A stretch of 64,000 nt of DNA from an uncultured Acidimicrobiia bacterium (GTDB lineage Bacteria; Actinomycetota; Acidimicrobiia; IMCC26256; JAENVU01). Location of the stretch: assembly GCA_963835005.1 (NCBI GenBank), contig CAWIEA010000005.1, positions 44,069 to 108,068 on the forward strand, given 5' to 3'. A program made the position numbers and the translations under genes. The notes beneath the pieces are model-generated. The model was given only the letters and a program-made list of their open reading frames with translations, did no database searches and was not told the DNA's origin. How positions within the stretch are numbered: the stretch's first letter is position 1; each line of letters begins with the position of its first letter. Below, in pieces: positions 10,572-19,490 of this stretch.

Positions 10572-10936
10572 CCCAGCTCGTGCAGGCGCGCGTCATCGAG
10601 GCCGAAGTAGTGGCCGACCTCGTGCAGCACCGTCACGCGCACCTGAGCGGCCAGCTGGTCGCGGTCCCGTGCCCGCGCGCAGAGCGGACCCTTGAAGATC
10701 GTGATGCGGTCGGGCATGACGCCGGCATACCCGAGGGGTGAACGCCGGGTGACGTTGATCCCCTCGTACAGCCCGAGCAACGTTCCCCGCCGTCCGCCGA
10801 GCTGCGCGGCCGTCGGCCAGTCCTCGACGACGACCGCGACGTTGTCGAACTGGTCGGCGAACTCGTCGGGAATCGAGTCGAGCGCGTCCGCGACGAGCGA
10901 CTCGAACTCCTCCTCCGAGACCTGCACCGGCGTCAC
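10562..10936 (-). CDS. metallopeptidase family protein (HExxH, DUF1025-type)
   Basis: ORF 10562..10999 has SEEEFESLVADALDSIPDEF...LGLYEG...VLHEVGHYFGLDD. I place the start at GTG 10936 because a TACGTT -10 (10944-10949, minus) lies 7 nt upstream, matching the leaderless pattern. Confidence 0.75.
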   Translation of the reverse strand: MTPVQVSEEEFESLVADALDSIPDEFADQFDNVAVVVEDWPTAAQLGGRRGTLLGLYEGINVTRRSPLGYAGVMPDRITIFKGPLCARARDRDQLAAQVRVTVLHEVGHYFGLDDARLHELGWA

Positions 10937-11390
10937 CGCGCCGAACGTACCCGCGAAAACTTCCTTGACGGGTCGCGGTCGCGTTCGTACGATGCACATC
11001 CGGTCCGAACGAGGTTCGGTCCCGGGAGTCGGAAGCGAGGGTCGCCCGCAAGGGCCATCGGAGCGGAGGGCACCCGGACGACGAGCATCGATCGGGTCGG
11101 AGCACCACTCACGATCCGGAGTCGGTGGCCAGGCCCTCGGGCCGGGTGGCCGGAGCCGGTGGGCGACGGTGGAGCTGCCGGAGGCGGCGGCGGGACCTCG
11201 GTCTCGACGGCGGCGACGGGAGCGTCGAAGCCGGCGCCGGTGGAGTGGAGCGAGGGCGAAGCCCCGAGGAGATCGGAGCTGCTACGCAGCCGAGACTACT
11301 CGGGGCTCGCTCGCGTCTACGGCCCGATCGCGCCGTCCCGGACGGTCCGCGGACCAGGTCGCTGTCCCAGCCCGCCGGTAGGTTGAGCCC

Positions 11391-13382
11391 GTGGCCGTCG
11401 ACGACCTCCTCGCCGACCTCGACGAGTCGCAGCGCGCCGCGGTCACCGAGCCGCAGGTGCCGCTCGCGATCCTCGCCCCCGCCGGGTCGGGGAAGACGCG
11501 CGCGCTCACGCGCCGGATCGCCTGGCAGGCCGGCCAGGACAACCTCGACGCGAACCACGTCCTCGCGGTCACGTTCACCCGGAAGGCCGCGGGCGAGCTG
11601 CGATCCCGCCTCAACCGCCTCGGAGTGCGGGGCGCGGCCACCGCGGGCACGTTCCACGCGGTGGCTCTCGCGCAGCTGCGCCGCCGCCACGCCGACCTCG
11701 GCACCCAGATGCCCGCAATCCTCGATCGCAAGGCTCGAATCCTCGGCCCGCTGCTCGGCGGGCTGCGCGGCTCGGCGCTGGCCGTCGCCATCAACGAGCT
11801 CGCTTCGGAGATCGAGTGGGCGAAGGCGCGCCGCCTCTCCCCCGACGCGTACGTCGAGCAGGTGCAGCGGATCGGCCGTGAGACGCCGCGCCCGGCGGAC
11901 GAGGTCGCCGGGATCTACCTCCGCTACGAGCGGGAGAAGAAGCGCCGGGGTCTCGTCGACTTCGACGACCTCATCACCGACTGCCGCATCGCCCTCGCAC
12001 AGGACCCGAAGTTCGCGGCCGCACAGCGCTGGCGCTTCCGGCACCTCTTCGTCGACGAGTTCCAGGACGTCACCCTGTCCCAGCTCGCGCTCCTCCGAGC
12101 CTGGCTGGGCGACGGCACGGACCTCTGCGTCGTCGGCGACCCGGACCAGTCGATCTACGGCTTCGCGGGCGCCGACTCAGAGCTGCTCAGCCGGTTCGGC
12201 GAGCGGTTCGAAGGTGCCGCCGTCGTCCGCCTGGCGGTCAACTACCGGTCGACGCCCCAGATCGTGAAGGTCGCGCGGGCGGTCCTCCCCGACGGCGAGC
12301 GGGCGGAGGTGCGCGCCGCGGGCCTCGACGGCCCCGACCCGACCGTCACCGCGTACGCGAGCGACACCGCGGAGGCGCGGGGCGTCGCCGACGCGCTCCT
12401 CAACGCGCGCGGGCGCACGCCGTGGTCGCGCCAGGCCGTCCTCTACCGGGTGAACGCGCAGTCGGCCGTCTTCGAGGAGGCGCTGGGCCGCGCCGGCATC
12501 CCGTACCGGGTGCGGGGCGCGGGAGCATTCCTCGACCGGCCCGAGGTGAAGACGGTGCTCGACGACCTGCGCGCGTCGGCGAAGGCCGCGCCCGGTCGCG
12601 CGTTCGCCGAGCACCTGACCGATCTGATCGCGACCGCACAGGAGCTGTCCGAGGAGCGACGCGAGCACATCGACGCCGTGGTCGCGCTCGGGCGCGAGTA
12701 CCTGGCGGCCGAGGGCAGCACCGGCTCGGTCGCCGGCTTCCTCGAGTACCTGCGCGCCTCGTTGAAGGGCGGCGACGACGGCGGCCTGCAGGACGACGCG
12801 GTCGAGCTGCTCACCTTCCACCGGGCCAAGGGACTCGAGTGGGACACGGTGTTCGTCACCGGGCTCGAGCGCGGGCTGGTGCCGATCTCGCACGCGCAGG
12901 GCTCCCCCGCCGAGCTCGCCGAAGAGCGGCGCCTGCTCTACGTGGCGCTCAGCCGCGCCGAGCGCGAGCTGCACGTGTCGTGGGCCCGGGAGCGGGCCCG
13001 GGGCGAGCGCACGTCGTCGCGCACGAAGAGCCCGTACCTGGGCGAGATCGAGCGCATGCTCGGGGGCGAGCCCGCGCCCCGGCTCCCCGAAGGCGAGCGG
13101 GGGGCGTCCGCGGCCAGGAAGGTCCTGTCCGGGATGGAGGTCGGCGACCTCGCCGTCGCGGACAAGCCGCTCTACGACGACCTCGTGAGCTGGCGCCACG
13201 AGCTCGCCCGCGCCGCCGCCGTCCCCGCCTACGTGATCTTCGACAACAAGACGCTGCGTGGCGTCGCCGTGGCGCGTCCCCGCTCGTCCGAGGCCCTCCT
13301 CGAGGTGCCCGGCATCGGGCCGGTGAAGGTCGAGCGCTACGGCGCGGCGCTCCTGGAGGTCGTCGACCGCCACGCCGGTTGA
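11391..13382 (+). CDS. uvrD2: ATP-dependent DNA helicase, UvrD2-like (UvrD/REP core + C-terminal HRDC)
   Basis: ORF 11391..13382 is intact at 663 aa. It has APAGSGKTRALT (Walker A), FVDEFQD, VGDPDQSIYGF, TFHRAKGLEWD, and an HRDC-like tail (LYDDLVSWRHELARAAAVPAYVIFDNKTLRGVA...PGIGPVKVERYG). TAGGTT lies 6 nt upstream of the GTG. Confidence 0.85.
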   Translation: MAVDDLLADLDESQRAAVTEPQVPLAILAPAGSGKTRALTRRIAWQAGQDNLDANHVLAVTFTRKAAGELRSRLNRLGVRGAATAGTFHAVALAQLRRRHADLGTQMPAILDRKARILGPLLGGLRGSALAVAINELASEIEWAKARRLSPDAYVEQVQRIGRETPRPADEVAGIYLRYEREKKRRGLVDFDDLITDCRIALAQDPKFAAAQRWRFRHLFVDEFQDVTLSQLALLRAWLGDGTDLCVVGDPDQSIYGFAGADSELLSRFGERFEGAAVVRLAVNYRSTPQIVKVARAVLPDGERAEVRAAGLDGPDPTVTAYASDTAEARGVADALLNARGRTPWSRQAVLYRVNAQSAVFEEALGRAGIPYRVRGAGAFLDRPEVKTVLDDLRASAKAAPGRAFAEHLTDLIATAQELSEERREHIDAVVALGREYLAAEGSTGSVAGFLEYLRASLKGGDDGGLQDDAVELLTFHRAKGLEWDTVFVTGLERGLVPISHAQGSPAELAEERRLLYVALSRAERELHVSWARERARGERTSSRTKSPYLGEIERMLGGEPAPRLPEGERGASAARKVLSGMEVGDLAVADKPLYDDLVSWRHELARAAAVPAYVIFDNKTLRGVAVARPRSSEALLEVPGIGPVKVERYGAALLEVVDRHAG

Positions 13383-13452
13383 CGTGGCCCGGCTCGGGGC
13401 GCACCATGCAAGAGCGGACGGGTTGGGCGGATCCGGAGGTGTGACCGTGCCG

Positions 13453-13767
13453 ATGCGATCGACGCACCCGCTGTTCCCCACCGACGAGGGCTGGCCCTAC
13501 CCGGACTCGGACGGTGACCCGGGGCTCGCCCGGGCCGGGTTCGTGGTCGATGACGAGGTCGACCTCGATGCGCTGCAGCTCGTGGCGAACTCACACGCGT
13601 TCGACGGGTTGAGCGCGGTGGAGCGCGAGGCGCTCGATCGCCGGTTCTGGCAGGGCGAGTCGATGAAGGAGCTCGCCCGCTCGCTCGGGTGCACGCACGC
13701 GGAGGCGGCGGTCGTCCTCGGGCATGCGGTCGACAAGGTACGGGCGCGGCTCGCTCCTGACGGCTGA
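13453..13767 (+). CDS. small sigma-70 region-4-like HTH protein
   Basis: ORF 13384..13767. LSAVEREALDRRFWQGESMKELARSLGCTHAEAAVVLGHAVDKVRARL reads like an ECF sigma region 4.2 HTH with no region 2. The start is uncertain (ATG 13453 or earlier). Confidence 0.5.
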   Translation: MRSTHPLFPTDEGWPYPDSDGDPGLARAGFVVDDEVDLDALQLVANSHAFDGLSAVEREALDRRFWQGESMKELARSLGCTHAEAAVVLGHAVDKVRARLAPDG

Positions 13768-13874
13768 CCCGCCGCTCGGGCGCGGTTGTGCGCGGGCCGG
13801 CCGACCTGTGCCTTGGTCGGCTCACGCGTCGGGGTCGTCTCGGTCGTGTGGCGGGCGTGCGTAGCCTCGGGCGG

Positions 13875-15230
13875 ATGCACAGGTACGACGCCGAGACGGA
13901 TGTGATCGCACAGCTCTGCTTCGACTACTCGCGGGAGCGGCTGCGACTGGACCCGGTGCCGCTCGACGGTCCGCGCACCCCCGGCGAGCTCGAGGCGCTG
14001 GCGGGCGGGATCATCACCCCGGAAGGTCGCGACCCCGGCGAGGTGATGCGCCTGTTCGCCGAGGTGCTCGCGCCCGCCTGTGTGTCCAACGACAGTCCCA
14101 AGTTCCTGGCGTTCATCCCGGGAGCGCCGACGAAGGCGTCACAGCTGTTCGACGTCGTCGTGTCCGCGTCCGCGATCTACGCGGGGTCCTGGGTCGAGGG
14201 CAGCGGCGCGGTGTTCGCCGAGAACCAGGCGCTGCGCTGGGTCGCCGACCTCGCGGGCTTCCCCCCGGAGGCCGGCGGCTGCTTCGTCTCCGGCGGGTCC
14301 GCCGGCAATCTCTCCGCGCTCGTGGCCGCACGCGAGGCCGCGCTGCGCCGTCGCGGTGGTGATCGACCGCCGCGGTGGCGGGTCGCAGTGGGTGACCAGG
14401 CGCATTCGTCGCTCGCGAGCACGATCCGGATCATGGACGCCGAGGCCCTCGTCGTCCCGACCAACGACGACGACCGCCTCGACGGCTCCGACCTGCGCGC
14501 CGCGCTCGACGCCGACCCCGACCCCGGCTCCGTCTTCGCGGTGGTCGGCACCGGTGGCACCACCAACACCGGCCAGATCGACGACCTCGCCGGGATCGCC
14601 GATGTCGCCCGGGCCCGGAATCTCTGGTTCCACGTCGACGGCGCGTACGGCCTCGCCGCGCTCGCGGCGCCGAGCGTGCGCGACCGTTTCCGGGGCGTCG
14701 AGCTCGCGGACTCGTTCGTCGTCGACCCGCACAAGTGGCTGTTCGCTCCGTTCGACTGCGCCGCGCTCGTGTACCGCGACCCGGAGCTCGCGCGGCTCGC
14801 ACACACCCAGCACGCCGCCTACCTCGACCCGATCAACGCCCGCGAGGAGTGGAACCCGTCCGACTACGCGTACCACCTGACCCGCCGGGCCCGGGGGCTT
14901 CCCTTCTGGTTCTCGCTCGCGGTGCACGGGACCGCCGCGTACTCGGACGCGATCGAGCAGACGCTCGCGATCGCGCGCCATGCCGCCGAGCACATCGACG
15001 CCGCGAAGCACGTCGAGCTGGTCCGCCCGCCCGACCTCGGCGTGGTGCTCTGGCGCCGACCGGGTTGGACCGCGGAGCAATTCCGCACCTGGTCGGACGA
15101 CCTCCTCGCGGACGAGCGGGCGTTCATCATGCCGACGACGTGGCGGGGCGAGACCGTCGCCCGGGCGGTGTTCCTCAACCCCACGTGCCCGCCGAGCGTC
15201 ATCGAGGACGTCGTCGCCTCGATGGCGTGA
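13875..15230 (+). CDS. pyridoxal-phosphate-dependent decarboxylase (group II, aromatic amino acid/DABA decarboxylase family)
   Basis: ORF 13788..15230 is trimmed to ATG 13875 (TAGCCT -10 lies 7 nt upstream). It has SGGSAGNLSAL, HVDGAYG and the VVDPHKWLFAPFDC PLP-lysine motif. Confidence 0.85.
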   Translation: MHRYDAETDVIAQLCFDYSRERLRLDPVPLDGPRTPGELEALAGGIITPEGRDPGEVMRLFAEVLAPACVSNDSPKFLAFIPGAPTKASQLFDVVVSASAIYAGSWVEGSGAVFAENQALRWVADLAGFPPEAGGCFVSGGSAGNLSALVAAREAALRRRGGDRPPRWRVAVGDQAHSSLASTIRIMDAEALVVPTNDDDRLDGSDLRAALDADPDPGSVFAVVGTGGTTNTGQIDDLAGIADVARARNLWFHVDGAYGLAALAAPSVRDRFRGVELADSFVVDPHKWLFAPFDCAALVYRDPELARLAHTQHAAYLDPINAREEWNPSDYAYHLTRRARGLPFWFSLAVHGTAAYSDAIEQTLAIARHAAEHIDAAKHVELVRPPDLGVVLWRRPGWTAEQFRTWSDDLLADERAFIMPTTWRGETVARAVFLNPTCPPSVIEDVVASMA

Positions 15231-15358
15231 GCAGGACTCGGCGTAGTCTCCTGCCCAGAGCGGAGCGGGAGCGCGATCCATCTCGCAGCCGTGAGACGAG
15301 CGGAGCGTTGTCGGTGGCATGGTTGCCGGCCCGGTCCGCGAGACCGAGAGCGGGAGTG

Positions 15359-15751
15359 ATGGCGGACCGGAATGTCCTCGGTGGCGAGCTCGAGCCCTGC
15401 GGCACCGACCCGGTGACCGGCTTCTACCGCGACGGCTGCTGCAGCACCGGGCCCGAGGACATCGGCAGCCACACGGTCTGCGCCGTCGTGAGCGCGGAGT
15501 TCCTCGAGCACCAGCGCAGCATCGGCAACGACCTCAGCACGCCGATGCCGCAGTATCGGTTCCCGGGGCTCGTTCCCGGCGACCGCTGGTGCTGCACCGC
15601 GCGCAACTGGCTGCGGGCCCACCAGGACGGTGCGGCCGCCCCGGTCGTCCTCGCCTGCACGCACGAGCGCGCGCTCGACATCGTCCCGCTCGAGATCCTG
15701 CAGCAGTACGCGGTCGACGTCCCGTCGGACCCGGGCGCGATCACCGGCTGA
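15359..15751 (+). CDS. DUF2237 family protein
   Basis: This is the tail of ORF 14735..15751 from ATG 15359: NVLGGELEPCGTDPVTGFYRDGCCSTGPEDIGSHTVCAVVSAEFLEHQRSIGNDLSTP...GDRWCCTARNW, the characteristic Cys-rich DUF2237 sequence. Confidence 0.8.
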   Translation: MADRNVLGGELEPCGTDPVTGFYRDGCCSTGPEDIGSHTVCAVVSAEFLEHQRSIGNDLSTPMPQYRFPGLVPGDRWCCTARNWLRAHQDGAAAPVVLACTHERALDIVPLEILQQYAVDVPSDPGAITG

Positions 15752-15763
15752 CGGGCTGACCGT

Positions 15764-16984
15764 CTAGCTCGCGCGGACCGCCTCGAGCGCGTTCGCCTGG
15801 CACACGCTCTTGGCCGCGCCCGGCTGGGCGATGAAGTACCCCTGGCCGAAGTCCACCCCGAGCGCCCGGACCGTCGCGAGCTCCGAAGCGGTCTCGATCC
15901 CCTCGGCCGTGAGCGCGGCACCGAGCTCCGTCGCGAACAGGGTGAGCGCCGACGCGAGCGCCCGCTTCACCGGATCGACGTCGATGTCGCGGACGAGCGT
16001 CAGGTCGAGCTTGATGACGTTCGGGCGCAGCTTGAGGATGTGGCGCAGGCTGGCGTAGCCGGCCCCGGCGTCGTCGACGCACACGAGCGCGCCCCGGGCC
16101 CGGAGGTCCGCGGTCACCTCCGCGAGCGTGTCGTAGTCGTCGACCGGGTGGTGCTCGGTCACCTCGAACGACATGCGCTCGAGCGGCCAAGCGTGCAGTC
16201 GGTCGCGGAACGCGGGCTGGAGCATCGTCGCGGCCGACACGTTCACCGCCACGATGAGCGACGGGTCGAGCTCCGACAGGTGGCGGAGCGCGGACCCGAT
16301 CGCGGAGAGCTCGAGCTCCGTCCCGAGTCCGAGCGCGGCCGCATCGGCGAACCAGGCATCGGGACCCCGCTCGGGCTCGGTGCCGAAGCGGGCGAGCGCC
16401 TCGACCCCGACCGCAGTGCCGGTCGTGAGCTCGACGATCGGCTGGAACACCATCGCCGGGCCACCGCGATCGGCGATCGAGCGGATCACCTGCGCGCGGT
16501 GCTCTCGATCCGCGGCGACGACGTCCTCGGAGCGAGTCCGGGTCCGCAGCGCGTCGGCCAGCTCCGCGTTGTGATGGCGGAGCTCTCGGTGGGCGAAGCG
16601 GATCGAGAGCAGGTTGCGCACGCGCAGCAGCACCTCGTCGGCGTCGATCGGCTTCGTCACGAACTCGTTCGCACCGCGCTCGAGTGCACTGCGCAGCGCG
16701 GTGCGGGTCGCGTCTCCGGTGATCACGATCACCGGCACGAGCTCGTCCTCGCCGACGTGCGCACGGAGCGACTCCAGGAAGTCGAGGCCGTCGAGGTCCG
16801 GCATGTGGAGGTCGAGCAGGACGAGGTCCGGGCACCAGAGCGATGCGGCCTCGAGCGCGGCGGCCGGGTCGGTGAAGGCGCGCACCGACGTGTATCCGTC
16901 GGACTCGAGGATCCGGGTCATCAGCCGGACGTTCGCCGCGTCGTCGTCGACGACGTAGATCTGTGCGCTGGTCAGGTTCGGCAT
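15764..16984 (-). CDS. response regulator with EAL (c-di-GMP phosphodiesterase) output domain
   Basis: ORF 15764..17092 is trimmed to MPNLTSAQIYVVDDD. The REC domain has (DD...D...K) residues. The EAL domain has QPIV...EALAR, VNVS, EVTEH, DDAGAGYASL, KLD, EGIE and QGY. Confidence 0.85.
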   Translation of the reverse strand: MPNLTSAQIYVVDDDAANVRLMTRILESDGYTSVRAFTDPAAALEAASLWCPDLVLLDLHMPDLDGLDFLESLRAHVGEDELVPVIVITGDATRTALRSALERGANEFVTKPIDADEVLLRVRNLLSIRFAHRELRHHNAELADALRTRTRSEDVVAADREHRAQVIRSIADRGGPAMVFQPIVELTTGTAVGVEALARFGTEPERGPDAWFADAAALGLGTELELSAIGSALRHLSELDPSLIVAVNVSAATMLQPAFRDRLHAWPLERMSFEVTEHHPVDDYDTLAEVTADLRARGALVCVDDAGAGYASLRHILKLRPNVIKLDLTLVRDIDVDPVKRALASALTLFATELGAALTAEGIETASELATVRALGVDFGQGYFIAQPGAAKSVCQANALEAVRAS

Positions 16985-17127
16985 GTGGCCGTCCCCCTCA
17001 CACCCTGCCCTCGGGCGCGTTCGCGGTTTGGATGTCGCGGACATCGGCCGCCCCGCGAGGCCCTGAAGACCTGTCGGCGCGGGCAGCACCAAACGTCCGA
17101 ATCATCCACTCCCCCATGCAGGGGTTC

Positions 17128-18865
17128 TCACCGTCGGGCGGTGTCGGCGAGCGTCTCGTCGAGGACGGCGACGAGCTCGTCGACGTCGATCGGCTTCGTG
17201 ATGAACGCGCGCGCGCCGCGCTCGAGGGTGCGGCGTTGCTGCGCCTCGGTCGCGTCCGCGCTGATCACCACGATCGGGATGTCGCGGGTGCGCTCGTCGA
17301 CGCGGAGCTGCTGCATCACCTCGGACCCGTGGAGGTCGGGCAGGTGCAGGTCGAGCAGCACGACCGCGGGCCGGCGGACCACCGCGAGCTCGATGCCGAG
17401 CTCGCCAGTGCCGGCCGAGATCAGCTCGAAGCGGTTCGTCGTCGCGAGGATCCGCTCGACGAGCCGGAGGTTCGCGAGCTCGTCCTCGACGTAGAGCACC
17501 AGCTCGCGCGCGCTCGTCGGCGTTGCGGGGAACGCCGGACGCGGCGGTGCGGGCGTTTCGGTGCGGTCGGTGGACCCACCCGCGGCACGCGCGTCGCGCA
17601 GCACGACGGTGAACGTCGTTCCCGCCCCGAGCTCGGTGCGGATCCCGATCACCCCACCCATCTGCTCGACCAGGCCCTTGGTGAGCGCGAGCCCGATGCC
17701 GGTGCCCTCGGTGGCGGCGGCCTGCCGGCCCAGGCGCTCGAAGGGCGCGAACACCCGATCGAGGTCCTCGGGCGCGATCCCCGGCCCGGTGTCGCCCACC
17801 TCGATCAGGAGCGTCCCGTCGTCGCGCGGCATCCACCCGACGGCAATGCTCCCGCCGGGCTGCGTGTACTTCACCGCGTTCGAGAGCAGGTTGAGCAGGA
17901 CCTGCCGGAGACGTTGGCGGTCCGCCCACACCAGGAGCTCGCGCCGGCCGGGCGCGGGTTGGACGTCGAGCGCGAGGCGGCGGTCGGCCGCGAGCGTGGT
18001 CATCAGCTCGGCCGCCTCGGTCACGACGGACTCGAGGTCGACGGGCTCGATCGACATCGAGAGCGTCCCGCTCTCGATCCCCGAGATGTCGAGCACCTCG
18101 TTGATGAGCCCCAGGAGGTGCTCGGCGCCGGTGAGGATCTGGTCGACGCTCTCGCGCTGGTCGTCGCCGAGGTCGTCCTTCGCGAGCAGCTGGGCGAACC
18201 CGATCACCGAGTTCAGCGGGGTCCGCAGCTCGTGGCTCATGCGCGACAGGAAGTCGGTCTTCGCGCGGTTGGCCTCCACCACCGCCTGCTCCGACGCCTT
18301 GCGAGCCGTGATGTTCGTCGAGATGCCGGCGAGCGCGTAGGGCCGGCCCCCGAGGTCGAGCAGCGGGAACTTCATCGAGAGGAACGTCTGCGTCCCGTCC
18401 GGTCGTTCGAACAGCTCCTCGACCGTCACGGCCTCCCCCGCCTCGACCACCGCGACGTCATGCGCGCGCCAGGTGTCGACGTCGGCACCGGGGAACAGCT
18501 CGTGGTCGGTCCGACCGATCATCTCGTCGTGCGGGATCCCGGACTCGATCTCGATCTGCTGGTTCGCGAAGACGTAGCGACCGTCGAGGTCCTTCACGAA
18601 GACCTGCGACTCGACGAAGTCGAAGACCGACTCGAGCAGTGCGCGGTGCTCGAGCAGGCCGGCCTCCGCGGCGCGCTGCGGGGTCGAGGGGCTCGGGATC
18701 CGGCACGGGCGCACCCGGGGGCGGGCTCGACCCGTCACCGAGGCTGGCCAGGCCCGCCACTGTCGACCACGCCGCACGCGTGCGGCTCGCGACTTCGCTC
18801 TGGGCGACTGCCGCGGTCCGCAGGACCACGTCGACCGCATCCCGCGTCCGGGACGGCACGCTCAC
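17128..18865 (-). CDS. PAS-sensor hybrid histidine kinase (PAS-HisKA-HATPase_c-REC)
   Basis: ORF 17128..18840. The PAS region has FVKDLDGRYVFANQ...ISTNITARK. It also has the H-box SHELRTPLNSV, the N/G boxes NLLSNAVKYT and DTGPGI...GTGIGL, and a C-terminal REC (VLLDLHLPDLHG...TKP). The N-terminus is uncertain. A better-looking N-terminal reading (VSVPSRTRDAVDVVLRTAAVAQSEV...) starts at GTG 18865, 8 nt after a TACCGT -10, but it needs a frameshift near 18665. Confidence 0.75.
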
Positions 18866-18951
18866 GGACGTCAACGGTACTGCCGCGCCGCGCGGATCCG
18901 TGCGACCACAGGGGCCACGTGCCGCGTTCGCTCCTTCGTCGCCGTCTCGAC

Positions 18952-19446
18952 TCAGCAGGCGCCCCAGAGGCCGCGGCCGGCGCGTTTGGCCGCGAGCTCC
19001 TCGGCCAGCATCGTCCGCGCGTACCGACCGTTGGGCGGGATGACGAGCAGACGGGCGTAGCCGAGCTCGAGCAGCTCGTCGTTGAACCGGCGGCCGTCGA
19101 CGGAGATGTACGCGAGGTGCCGGCCGTAGATGTCGCGGGTCTCGACGTCGTCCTCGAGCACGACGGTGCGGCCGGTCAGCCGGTGGGCCGTGTACGCCGA
19201 CGCCTCGGGCCCGAAGCACTGCACCGGCTTGGTCGGATGGTGCGTCTCGGGGGTGTCGATCCCGAGGAACCGGATCGTGTCGGTGCGCGACCCGATGCGC
19301 ACCTCCACGGTGTCGCCGTCGATCGCCTTCGTGACGACGGCGGTCGTGCCGCTGCTGCTGGCGCCGCGATCGGCACGTCCGAGCCACCACCCCCCGAGCG
19401 AGGCGGCGGCGAGGATCGCCACGACCACGGCCCGGGTCCGGACCAT
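18952..19446 (-). CDS. secreted thermonuclease (staphylococcal nuclease, SNase) family protein
   Basis: ORF 18952..19770 is trimmed to MVRTRAVVVAILAAASLGG (signal/anchor). It has VTKAIDGDTVEV......IRFLGIDTPE...DIYGRHLAYI...NDELLELGYAR. Confidence 0.8.
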   Translation of the reverse strand: MVRTRAVVVAILAAASLGGWWLGRADRGASSSGTTAVVTKAIDGDTVEVRIGSRTDTIRFLGIDTPETHHPTKPVQCFGPEASAYTAHRLTGRTVVLEDDVETRDIYGRHLAYISVDGRRFNDELLELGYARLLVIPPNGRYARTMLAEELAAKRAGRGLWGAC

Positions 19447-19490
19447 CCCGGCACGGTACCCGTAGCCTGGGACGTCGACCGGGCCGGGCC

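Noticed and set aside
11040-11110. A tRNA/tmRNA-like 3' end (…GGTCGGAGCACCA) and a GNRA hairpin in the metallopeptidase-uvrD2 gap.
   Set aside because: There is no GGTTCGAnTCC-type T-arm, no matching acceptor 5' strand and no tmRNA tag ORF or G3:U70-compatible end. RNase P (GAGGAAAGTCC) and SRP (GGAAGG...) signatures are also absent. I kept it only as an 'unexplained gap' finding.
11159-11386. A 75-aa GTG-start ORF ending 5 nt before uvrD2, as a possible upstream small protein.
   Set aside because: It has a Gly/Ala homopolymer-like start and no SD or -10 in the right place. The uvrD2 -10 lies inside it. GC3 is high but not distinctive at this GC content, so support is insufficient.
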